From Trichosphaerium sp. ATCC 40318 (lineage: Eukaryota > Protista > Tubulinea): 64,000 bases of DNA. The translations under genes and the position numbers were made by a program. The stretch is taken from positions 102,882 through 166,881 of the forward strand of contig JALMLS010000186.1 in NCBI GenBank assembly GCA_038496445.1, written 5' to 3'. The stretch's first letter is position 1. Each line of letters starts with the position of its first letter. Shown piece after piece: positions 1 to 11,280 of the stretch. A model generated the notes under the pieces. That model saw only the letters and a program-made list of their open reading frames with translations, had not been told where the DNA came from and did no database searches.

Positions 1-717
1 GCATACATAAAGTGGCCTTTGTTGTCGAAACAAACAGCAACAACTACAAGGTTTGATGTAGAGATGAACAAACATGGAAAATGGACAAAGTATACAGTTG
101 CTGATACAGCCAAGCGAGTATTTCAAGAGAATTGGATGAATGGTAAACTTCATGGAGCATGTAGAAAGTGGTATGATAGTAGTCAACTTGATAGCCAGTT
201 CTACTATGCAAATGGTAAACTTGAAGGAGATTTCAAGGGATGGTACAAGAACGGGCAACTAGGTGAGCACTGTAAATATGTTAATGGTAAGAGAGAAGGA
301 CAGTATAATGTTTGGCTTCCTAGCGGAGAATTGAGAGAGAAGCATCACTATGTAAAAGGAAAACTTGATGGTGAGTCAAAACATTGGTACAAGAATGGAC
401 AAATTAGGAAACAGCTTTTTTTTATCAATGGCATACAAGAAGGAGAGTACAAATGTTGGCACAAAAATGGTCATTTGATGTTTAAATTTAACCTTGTCAA
501 TGGCGTTTATGAAGGACAACAGCTTTTGTGGCATTCACGAAATCAGCTTTCTGAAGAATATTATTGTGTTGCTGGTAAAAAACATGGAGTGTACAAGATC
601 TGGTATAAAAATGGACAACTAAAATTAGAAGGTAAGTACAACAATAACAAACTAGAAGAAGCAAAAAGATGGTATGAAGACGGAAAACCATTATTGTACA
701 AGTTTGTTGGGGTATAG
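1..717 (+). CDS. F-box-like + MORN-variant (MORN_2/YwqK-like) repeat protein, 5' partial
   Basis: Frame is open from base 1 (AYIKWPLLSKQTATTTRFDVEMNKHGKW), the same linker as the paralogues. About 8 repeats of GExKxWYxNGQLxxxxxYxNGKxE follow. Confidence 0.85.
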   Translation, partial: AYIKWPLLSKQTATTTRFDVEMNKHGKWTKYTVADTAKRVFQENWMNGKLHGACRKWYDSSQLDSQFYYANGKLEGDFKGWYKNGQLGEHCKYVNGKREGQYNVWLPSGELREKHHYVKGKLDGESKHWYKNGQIRKQLFFINGIQEGEYKCWHKNGHLMFKFNLVNGVYEGQQLLWHSRNQLSEEYYCVAGKKHGVYKIWYKNGQLKLEGKYNNNKLEEAKRWYEDGKPLLYKFVGV

Positions 718-906
718 CGAGGGTCTGCCCATTTTATTTATACACAGTAATTAGTATTGATGTATTTATGAACCAAAATGCAGATAAAATTAGTACAGTG
801 TTGAGCGTTCTTCCAAACAGTTGAATACGTGAATATTGTTTTTCTAAAGTTGTATTGACAACTACAGATATACAAGTAATGGAACAAGTATAACCCAACT
901 TGTCTA

Positions 907-1728
907 TTAGTATTTGACGGTACATCCTTTCTCTTTCAATGCCATAATACCAGCTGTTGATAGTGAGTTACAACCAAACAATAGTGCTCTATGTACACCC
1001 TCCAGTGCCTTCAAACCCTGCTCTGTTATATTTGTGTACGACAAGTTGACTTCATGTGCTCCTGCTAACGCTTTCAAACCTTCATCTGTTACTTCTGTAT
1101 TTGACAATTTAATTGCATGTACACCTGCTAACACCTTTATACCTTCATCTGTAATCGATTTGCACGTATTTAAGCTGATAGTATGTACACCAGCCAACGC
1201 CTTCAAACCTTCATCTGTCACGTTTGTACATGCTAAATCAATCTCATGTACACCTGCCAACGACTTTATACCTTCATCTGTTATTGATCCGCAGTTAGAC
1301 AACCCGATTTTATGTATACCAGCCAAGGCCTTCAAGCCTTCATCTGTCACCTCTGTGCACCCTAAATCGATCTCATGTACACCTGCCAACGCCTTTATAC
1401 CGTCATCTGTAATCAATTCACACATGGCTACGTTGATAGTATGTACACCTGCTAACATCTTCATATGGTTATCATCTAGTGTACTATGACACTGAACACG
1501 AATTGGTGTATTTAGGAGTAACGGGCTGCCGGAAAGCATCTTCACTTTACTTACGCTGCGAATATCAATAGCAGTATATCCTACGTGGCTGTGAACGATA
1601 TCTCGCAATAAGCGGCATGTTTGGGCTGAACGGAGCGTATAACTCCCTTGTTTGAGAATACGCGCTATTATTTCGACTGGGAGTGCTAAGAGCTCACTTG
1701 CGGCCTTTTCAGTGTATCCTTGGCTCAT
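907..1728 (-). CDS. F-box + leucine-rich repeat protein (single exon)
   Basis: LLALPVEIIARIL...SAQTCRLLRDIV F-box, then alternating 21/22-aa LAGVHxIxLxx(C)xxxTDEGxKA repeats. Confidence 0.9.
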   Translation of the reverse strand: MSQGYTEKAASELLALPVEIIARILKQGSYTLRSAQTCRLLRDIVHSHVGYTAIDIRSVSKVKMLSGSPLLLNTPIRVQCHSTLDDNHMKMLAGVHTINVAMCELITDDGIKALAGVHEIDLGCTEVTDEGLKALAGIHKIGLSNCGSITDEGIKSLAGVHEIDLACTNVTDEGLKALAGVHTISLNTCKSITDEGIKVLAGVHAIKLSNTEVTDEGLKALAGAHEVNLSYTNITEQGLKALEGVHRALLFGCNSLSTAGIMALKEKGCTVKY

Positions 1729-1905
1729 TTTGTTAGAATTAACGTGTAAGACGCGGCCTAGTTGTGAGATACGTGTTATTGAAAGTTAACATAAGTACTA
1801 CTTTCAAAGAATACAATGTGTTTCGTAATGTAGACTTTCGACGAGAATGAGTCTACGGTAAATACACTACAACTACTCATAAAGAGCTATCTAGCATGTA
1901 GTATC

Positions 1906-2088
1906 TCAACAAAAACTGAGATCAATAGTGTGAACTCCAGAAAGAGCTTTTATCCCTTCATCTGTAACCATAGTGTGAGAAATATCAATGGTATGAACAC
2001 CAGCAAGTGATTTTACACCTTCATCTGTAATGTGCTTACACCGTTCAAGATTGATGGAATGAACACCAGCAAGGGTTTTTAAACATGC
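1906..2088 (-). pseudogene. LRR gene fragment (about 3 repeats, no F-box or start codon)
   Basis: Minus strand reads LKTLAGVHSINLERCKHITDEGVKSLAGVHTIDISHTMVTDEGIKALSGVHTIDLSFC*, bounded by stops on both sides. Confidence 0.85.
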
Positions 2089-2659
2089 TTATACATAGAC
2101 GCTGTGCCATTCATCTTGGTGAGAATATAGAACGTTTTAAAGTTAGATACAAAACGTCTTGGATAAAGGAGTCACCGTGTATCAACGTGACCTCTTGTTG
2201 AAGTATGTGAGTGTATGAATATTTCAAAGGAGTTGGGTACTAAGAAAAAAATAACATACACATGTTTTTATTGTGAAGAATCATCACGTGAAGAATCATT
2301 TGAGGAATCAAGCAAATGAACTTCAAGTCCTTGTTACTAACATGAGTTCTTGCTACGCAGAACAATGTAGCATTAGCAACTCATAACATTGGCCGCCGCA
2401 TTAATATTAGTATCAATAAAATGGACACGTGTTTTTTTCGAATACCCTTTTAAACTTGCGCCAATGGGAACAAAACTGTCATTTCAAGCTCCGGAATTTT
2501 GATTACACAACGTTTACTCTTTCTAACTCCTTTGTGTCTCATTTCATATTTCTGAGTGTTAGACTATTTCCCCGCACTCTAAATGTGTGCTTTTGGTGAG
2601 TCTTTCTTCGGACTTAAATGTGAGTTTTTAGGTAAAACTTTTTAGCAATAATTACAGAG

Positions 2660-4923
2660 ATGACCGGAGCAATTATTTGGATGTTGTTATTTTTAGTCTT
2701 TACACCTATTGTAAACGCAGTCGTTACTGTTATTAACGGGACAGCATCTGGAGAAGACTTCACGATTTATTCAACGCCATTAATATTCGGTGGTAACTCC
2801 CTGCACTTTACAGCAATACAAGACGCTCCTATTTCCTTTATTAATAATGTCGTTTCGGGTTAGATTTTGTTTTTTTATAAACTTTGAATACCACGACTAC
2901 TCATTCGCGTAAACTAGGGTCAGCAGTTTATATACCTTTCTATCAAGCGTCTACAGCAAATCTACTCAATGCTATGGATTCAGGAGCTGTAGCTATTATC
3001 TATTCAAAGCCAGTATTCTTTACAAACAATGGATGTACAATGTACTTCAATTATGGTATCTCCCCTTTCCTTAGCGACAACCCCACGTGTTGACGTAATT
3101 TCTAAATACAGTTCAAAAAACTGCTATATTATACGAAAATCAGCCTTATTGCCACCCCAACACTTCTGTTGTGGCGCACAACCAACCCTATTTGAGCGAA
3201 TCAGCTCAGCTTTTTTTTCGGTCTTTCAGAAATTGTCATCCTTTTTGTACTAAAATGACCTCATATTGTTTGTAGCCAGGAGTCTTTCTAGAATTACTAT
3301 ACCAATAGTGGAGGTATCAGATATTGATTCGGAAGGAGTATTGAATGATACAGTTAGAGTAACTATAACTGATAGTACGACTTAAAACTACGATCTCACT
3401 TACTAACTTTAAGCGCCATAGATTACAACCCATGTCACGGGTTTTTTAGAGGAGCTGGATTTATTACTATACAAGCAATAGTATCATTCTTGTGTGTCAT
3501 AGCATTAATACTATGCTACTTTAGGTACTATTACCTCAGCTATTTTGAGTAAGTTCACGTTTTTTTTACATCCATATTTAGGCTTTATCAGTATTACAAA
3601 AACAACCAATTGTTTATTCTCTCGCTTGGTTTGGTTGCTATTCTTTTAGAAATTATAGCGAATACATGTACGGTTTATAACAAAAGATACGTAATCAGCT
3701 AATTGAACATCTTAGTCAGGCTTATTTCGATTATCAATTTCCTTGGATCAAACTTACTATACACCCCGAACTTCGATGAATTTATGCTCTATATATCCTT
3801 CCCTTTTTCTACAATAACAAATGTAATGATCATTATGTTTTGGTATGTTACAAAACGAATATCACGTGATTTTGACTTTTTTTTAAAGGCACGAAGCGCT
3901 TGTTTCAAAAAGTGTTAAGATACATACTTTTTTGAAGTCAATTAAGTTTAGAATTGCCATTGTCGTTCTGAGCATTATACTCATTGTATTCGAGTTTCTA
4001 GTTGCTACAATACGTATTACAAGTGATATGCCACCAATAGCAATAATACGTTTGCCTCAAGTATTTGGTATTGTGGTGAACTTTGGTGCTTTAGTATACG
4101 GATGTGTTATTCTAGTTTTGGTACGTTATAACCTACTTATCAACAGCTTTTGGACTCAATTATTCAATGTTTAAAGTCATTCGCTCTCGTTGAACTAACT
4201 ATCCTTCTATAAAATACTCTTAAAAAACATGCTTTCGATGACTTCTTTAATTTTGTGGATTTTATTTTGTTCTTTGTTTGCACGGAGTCTTACTCCCATT
4301 TATTTTATTCAAAGTTTAATTTAGTATTTTAACTTACGACATTGTGAAATTACTTAACAAACGGTGTTAAGGTGCTTCAGCGAGCTGGTGGCTTTAAAAG
4401 TATAAAAGAAAACAACCTTGTGAAAAAAGTACGAATTCTTGCCTCTGTTAATTGTATTTATATAAGTCACGTGATTCTGAAGGATCATGTTATTCTTTTA
4501 ATCTTAAAAACCATTTTTTGCAATAGCCACTGTTGATTTCAGTGCTTGAAGTTACTAGGCAAACTAAAAATCACGTTTTAGTAGTACAACAACTTACATA
4601 TTTTTTTTTTGTCTAGATACTATTCCGATTGGCTGCAAACACTGTCCTGCTTGTTGCACTCATTGTTAGTCTTATCATATTGATGCTCCCTCCAGCTATA
4701 GATTTAAAAAAAGTTCTATACGCTTTCGGAGCTAGCTATGCTTCTCAAACTTTGCTATCCATTTTACAAGTAAGTAACTATGTTTAACCACGCTAAGTTA
4801 TTTTTTAAGGTTTATTCATTTCAGCCATATAAAAAGAGGAATACAACAGTCTCTTTCAGTAGTTCAGGTAAAACCCATGCTAAGGAATCTGAAGGGACAC
4901 AAAACAATAGTGTCAAGCCCTAA
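2660..4923 (+). CDS. Multi-exon membrane protein: signal peptide, PA-like domain, about 7 TM helices
   Basis: GT-AG splicing joins the short ORFs. NAMDSGAVAIIY and ITIPIVEV are PA-like motifs, followed by serial hydrophobic segments and a Ser-rich tail. Confidence 0.7.
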
Positions 4924-5302
4924 TAATGCAATCAAACGTTGTGAATAAATCCAGTAAGTACAGCGGAAATTAACAATCCACAAAATAAGTTTAGCCTATT
5001 GAACTTAAGTGACAAGGTAAGCATTTGGTGTTGGCTGGTATCCATACAATTCAGTTACTGTACTGTCACAGTATAACAGATGAAGGTACAATTGGTTGGT
5101 GTAAATCCAGAGTAAATTAGTGTCGAAACCCACGAGCATTTAATGACAAAAGTAGTACAACAAGTATTAGTGAAACGTGTGAAAGTTGAGTGTAAAATAC
5201 GAGAACAGGTTCATTGTTACACATCAACGGCGACAAATCTCATATCAGCTCAAACACCTCTGACCTTTGAAACAAAGCTATTTATTTTTTTTGTGTTTTT
5301 TT

Positions 5303-6321
5303 TTATGCTGAGTAATATACGGTTAGCGTTGCTTGTCTTACATGGTTGTCCCACCCAGGGTATGTACTACGTATAAACAATCCTACAGCTAATTTTTCGT
5401 CTTGAAACCTCTTCACTATTGGATGAGTGTGATCATATAGCTCCGAGTGAAGCTGCCATGTGTTATCCGCATGAATATTAGTATAGCAGCGCACTCCATC
5501 ACCTTTCTGAACAAATTTTTCGTCTTCAGATAGGCCAACCAAATTGAGCTCTCCCCTAATAAACAATTATAAAGTTTAGTCACACTTTACTAAAAGGTGA
5601 AAAAAAAGAAGAGTTTGTTATTAAATAGCAACCATTTTAAGCTTGTACTTTCGATTATCTAGGCGAACAAGTCCTTATCCACTTTACATGTTTCCGCCCT
5701 GAACAAGCTTTACTTGCGTAGGAAACATGCTAGTATTTGCACTCATTTGAGGTAAAAAAGACGAAAACGAGCGAGTTTTCGTGTAAATAAAAAAAAAACG
5801 AATTTCGGAGAAGTTTCGTTGTAATAACAGAGAAACACAAAATTCGAATTTTGCCCTATCCAACGCACTGACATGCCCTCAGGGTTGTATTTCGTACCAT
5901 GTATAACTTCTTTGTTTTGTTCCCTGACTTTCAGGATAAGAACTCCATCCTTGATCATGACTTGAACACGTGAAGCCAAAAGCCTTTATACGTATCTGGC
6001 TTTCTACAGGGTAAGGCATTGACAAGTATAACTTGTTCATATTAGTCCCGTTCATACTCACAGAGGTTGAAACAGTGTGCTGTAGCCAAAATCTAGCGTC
6101 ATCGAAGATAATAGAGATGATTTCTATAAAAAGGAATAAGTAATCATTTTGTGTTTTTGTCTGTTTTACGCTTATTCGCCCGTATTTTATTGTGTGAGTA
6201 TTGAGAATGCTTTCGTACCTATTGGGAGTCCTGGGATTGTGTTTGTACCATTTTGGAGCCTTTCGCGTAATTGAACCATTAGAACAGCGTCATAGCCTTC
6301 ATTTTTACTTTCCGCCTCCAT
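5303..6321 (-). CDS. F-box-like protein with uncharacterised SHDQGW...YPGWxN domain (3 exons)
   Basis: Spliced product: ...GLPIEIISLIFDDARFW...SSHDQGWSSY...SYTW|GELNL...RSTYPGWDNHVRQATLTVYYSA*. Confidence 0.65.
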
Positions 6322-6847
6322 AACGTGCTGTATAAACGGTTTAAGTTCGTGCACACCTTAATAAATAGATTAAGCGAAGTGTTAAAAGGAGGAAATGAAA
6401 GAATAGGTAGTGCAATATAGCAGAAAATTTTCAAGCTCTACATAGGTGCTCACATGATTTGGTTGCTTGCCGTCACACATGCCCAACTAAATATAAAGTA
6501 ATTTAGTTGGTACAAATTAGATAGAAAAATACGAAAATGAAGTAGAGTATTTTTTCTTTCTTCACAAATAGGTCAAATTTAAAGTCCTTAGAGTCGGTTA
6601 AGCCGAGTCATTTATGTTGGCAAAAGCTGGGTAGATCTAAGTCACTATATTTGGCGAACGCAGCAGGTAACTACAGCTCATTTTGAATTTAACACGACAA
6701 TCTAGGTCAACTCAATGATTGCGGCGCACCCTTAGTCTTAACTTCTTGAACAGTGTGCGTAGAAACATCACTCAGTTTCACATCACCTTCCAGGATTCAA
6801 CTTGGTTTGTTTATTTGTTATTGACAAGTTTAGTTAGAAATACACTT

Positions 6848-7643
6848 TTATTTTCTTCCACCACGGATACGCCAATTTGGTGACCTGTCCTCCTTGGGTT
6901 TATTGTAAGCCATGTATATAGATCTGCGCCTTTATAACAGTAAGTACTACAAGTGCAACCAGCTGAAGTCTAACATGAGTCTTCAACTTACCTTGTTCTT
7001 TTACCACCTTCTTCTTGAGGTTTTTTTTCTACAGGCATTATTTCATTTTCGCTCAGCGATCGCTTTAAAAAGTTCTTTCCTTTAGCAGTAGCTAATGCTG
7101 CTCTACCACCTTTGGCATTGTTATTGGCATTTTTTGCTGGTTTGCGTATGTTTTGCTTATTATGAACAGGCTTTGAAGGTTTTTTGGGAGCACGTGGTTT
7201 GGGCAACGCTTCGTACATTGAGACTGCTCTTTGTCGTTCTGAAATTTCTGTTTTGTTATCAAAATCTCTGTATGCCTCTGCAAGCGTATTCCGTGGCGTC
7301 GTGGGCCGTGTATTAGTGGTTTCGGCGTTTTTCTTTTTCTTTTTTGTTGCGTTTGGTTTTGGTAGTGCTCCGTAACGACATGCCAACTCACGTGCTCGAT
7401 GTTGCGCAGCCACCGGCTTTTTATGTCCTGTTATGAATTCATCAGGTATTGATACACTTCTATTTAATGGAAATGGTCTATATAATTAAACACGTGTTAG
7501 AGAATTGGAGTGCAGCTTATTTGGATAAAAAAAAATGTAACTAACGGAGATTCCTCTTCCTTTGGAGTAGGAGCAGAAGTTACAGCTCTTTTGAGTTGCC
7601 TTGTAGTGGAGCCCTTTCTGGCTCGTCTTAGAGACATTGCCAT
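6848..7643 (-). CDS. Basic disordered protein with YxxLP motifs, paralogue A (3 exons)
   Basis: MAMSLRRARKG... RSVSIPDEFIT... YGALPKP... YEALPKP... RRSIYMAYNKPKEDRSPNWRIRGGRK*. Intron positions match paralogue B. Confidence 0.75.
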
Positions 7644-8072
7644 TCAATGACTTAGAGCTTGAATTAAGGTATGGCTATGAATTTAGAGGAAAATTATTTC
7701 GCTTTTTCAACGAAACTCGCTGTCGGATCATTGGGTGAAAGATATTTATAGCATGCGTAGAGGTGTTTGCATTATCTACAATGTATGTGTATGCAACCAT
7801 TCTAATACCTGCAGAAAGAGTCGCCAGCAACAACGAAATCAGAAAAACGTCTGTAAAAATCACGTTTTTACAATAAGTCCTCAGTACAACAAAGCGTGTT
7901 TTGAATATGATCTTCACTTATAATGGTCAGGATAATACTGTTGTAATCCGACATTAAGCCTGTCTCAAATAGCTACTTTTTGTACAACAAGCATATGTTT
8001 TCTGTTAATTTACACTCAATGGTAATCTTTATTGGTACATCATTGTAGAAAGTCCTTGTTGACAATACAGAG

Positions 8073-8839
8073 TTATTTCTCTCTATGGATACGCCAATTT
8101 GGTGGTCTGTCCTCTTTGGCTTTATTATACGCTAAGTAGACAGATCTACGCCTTCAAGAAAGTCAGAAAAAATGGTATTTCAGCTTGAAAACAACAATCA
8201 ATCAGTAGAGTTCTTCTTACCTTGTTCGTTTTCCGCCATGTTGTGGTGTTTGTTTTTCCAACTCAATTATTTCGTTTTCGCTCAGCGATCGCTGAAGCAT
8301 TCTTTTCCCTGTAGCTCTAGAAATCACCCTTCTACCATCTTTGATCGTTTTCTTTGGAGGTTTTCTGGCTCCACGTGTTGGTAACGCTTCGAACATTAAA
8401 CTTGACCGCTTTCCACGTGGTCTAGGCAACGCTTCGTACATCGAAACTGCTCGCTTTCTTTTTGTCCTATTGTCAACTGCACTACTATCACTATACGCCT
8501 TGATTATTGCTTCTGAAGGCGTCGGTTCTTTAATTAAGTTTGATTTTGTATTTTTTTCGGCATTATTTTGTTTAGATGGCGGTTTAGGTAGTGCTCCATA
8601 AGCACATGCAAGCGCACGTTTTTTTGGCTTTTTCTTTGGTCTTGTAATAAACTCGTCTGGCATTGATACGCTTCTGTTTAGTCGGAGCTTCTTTGTACTA
8701 AGTAGAGTGTTAATGGAGAACAGCTTATTTTGGAGTTAATTTAGTATGATCACCTTGATTCTTCCTTTTTTGAATTCTTGGGTATTGGTTTATTAATGTT
8801 TGTTGTCAGAGAACCTTTTCTTGCTCTTCGTAGACTCAT
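8073..8839 (-). CDS. Basic disordered protein with YxxLP motifs, paralogue B (3 exons)
   Basis: MSLRRARKG... RSVSMPDEFIT... YGALP, YEALP, FEALP... RRSVYLAYNKAKEDRPPNWRIHREK*. Confidence 0.75.
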
Positions 8840-9226
8840 GTTTGTACCTGTGTTCAGTTTATTATCTTTTGATATTAAGTCAATGCACGTGTGCAAAACT
8901 TGAACGGGTAGAATTTTTAGCTAAAAAATCAACTAATCATTGAAAATACCCGTAGGTTTATGAGAACATAGTATATAATCAACCCTACATCTCCACACCA
9001 TACTGAAAATTACCATCAAAAGACGTAAAGAATGAATTGGGTGTTTGACGGGCCAAATTAAATGTGACAACAAGTTTTTCTTACTAAAATTCACTTCAAG
9101 CCCGAAACAATCAGCTGGAAGAGCTATTTTTATTACTATCCTTACTGGAGAAAAACATGAACGCAAGGCTAGATATGCGAAGTTTTTATTTAGATCACGT
9201 TTAAAAGAACCGAGGACCGTCTTTTT

Positions 9227-10973
9227 TTACTTCTTAGCTATACCTCCCTTGCTCATTGGCATGTACTTCTTAGCCTCAAACAAACGACGTTCTACCCACT
9301 ATAAAAATGTAAGAGTTAGGTATATGAATACTCTACTAATTACTCAACCACTTACCCATACGTTTCCTTGTCCACATGGTTCCAACTTTGCTTTTTCAAG
9401 TTCAGCCTTAAAAAAACCATCAGCCTTCTTCAACACAATGAAGCAATAACAATATACTTACCTCTGCTTCTTTGACCTTGGCATTCATAGCATCAACTGC
9501 GGCATCAGCGGCGGCGCTAGCCTCTTCAGAAGCTTTTCTAGCTGCGGCAGCAGCTTCAGCTGCAGCATCGGATTCCTCACGTGCTAAAGGCGTTTAGTTT
9601 GCTTATTATCTAGCTTTATGGTTAGTGTACCTGCTACAGCTTGTTTATGTGAAGCTTCAGCTTCTTCTCTTGCTTTTTCTGCTTTTCTTGCTGACGCTTC
9701 TTGAGTCAATTTAGCAGTACGGAGCGGAAGAGGATCCTCTAAAAATAGAACGTAAATAAAGGAGTTTCAAACGGATTAATGAGAACTTGCGTTCTAAGTG
9801 TTGAGCTAGCTCATTCTTTGCTCTGTTTCGTGATACAACACCACCTTCTTCAGTCTTCCTCTTGAGCTCTTCAGTCTTATTATTATAAGCATCTTCTTGG
9901 GCCTAAGAAACGTGAACATCAAAGCACATTTGTTATTTATGGCCTACCTTAAGTTCTGCGACTGCTCTTTTTTCTTCCTCTTCAGCTTTCTTAGCTGCCT
10001 CTGCATCTTGCTTGGCACTATCTTCTTTTGCTTTAGCTTCGGCGGCTGCTTCTCTTGCAGCTTTCTCGGTCCTAGAATAAAGTGAACATTCGAAACAAAA
10101 GAAAACATGTAGAAAAGTTACATACTTTTTAGCCTCAGCAACGGCTTGTTTCGCTACTTCAGCCTTAGCTTTTACATCCTCAAGCAAAGTAAGGACTTCT
10201 TCGAGCATCTTTTGTGCTTTCTTAACGGCCTCGCCTTCACCCTAATAAAATTATTGTTACTACAAAAAAAATCACGTGACAACGTAATACATACCTGTGG
10301 CTTGTTCACAAACTCTTTAACGTTTTTCTTGTAACGCCACAAACAGTACCTATAATTCAGTTACTTAAAAAACGCAAAGAACAAAGAGACCATACTCAAT
10401 GAGTGCTAATCTTTTGTTGAAATCAATATCTGCGTCAAGGATCTCCTAAACAAAAAGTTAGTAACGGTTTTGAAGGCTTTTTTTTTTCAAAAGCTCAGTT
10501 TCGCTTTCCTCTCTCATAGCCTTGATAGTCTTGGTCTCACCTATTCATAATGATCAATAATAGTTCGTATTAAGTGAGTAAACAAAATAGAAAAACCAAG
10601 GCCTTGTTGCGACGTACCAAGTGACTCCAAGAAGCGATGAGCACTAAAGGACTGTCAAATACAGCAAGAAACAGCGAAAAAAAAATACGTTTTGTGGCTT
10701 TTATCCCACGTGCTAACGAAACGATACGTACTTGAATTCATCCAAATCACGGCCTTCTTCAGCTTTATCTAAGTCCAACTCAACGAATTTATGAGCCCAA
10801 ACCCACACGTTCTCGGCCTCGTCTTTAAGTTCAGACCAGTAGGCCTAAAAAAAGAGCGTTAACGCTTATCGTGTTGTGTCATTACTGCTATCAAATAATC
10901 TACGTACGTTTAGGAACGCTTTACCTTGGTCAGCGTAGTTTAGTGAAGTGAAATGTTTGAACTGCTCTCCCAT
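9227..10973 (-). CDS. Calcium-regulated actin-bundling protein (ABP34-like, Ala/Glu/Lys-rich coiled coil), multi-exon
   Basis: QGKAFLNAYW, DLDEFNAHRFLE, EF-hand-like DIDFNKRLALIEY and C-terminal GNVWWVERRLFEAKKYMP match motifs of the Dictyostelium ABP34 family. Confidence 0.8.
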
Positions 10974-11280
10974 TGTATTTACTTGTACAAGAACTATCAC
11001 TTATCCACCCATCAATCACTTAAACATTTAAGGAAGATAAAGATTTTCTTATGTATTGTTGGTATAAATCGGAATGAACTTGTTAACCATTTAGTTCAAT
11101 TTCATTATAATTTATGCTGTTTGGTTGTCAAGAAACTTGAGATTTTAAACACCGTGCATTCAGGACAAACAAGTCAATTCATATGTGAAATAACCAAGAT
11201 CATAGGCACTTGTTTACAAAGCTGTGTACTTATGAACACGAAACGTTGTGGTCAAAAAAGGACTGACAAATAAAGCTGCT

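Noticed and set aside
914-1489. 191-aa plus-strand ORF, and similar ORFs at 30549-30847 and 63318-63584
   Set aside because: Antisense shadows of the repetitive LRR coding sequence.
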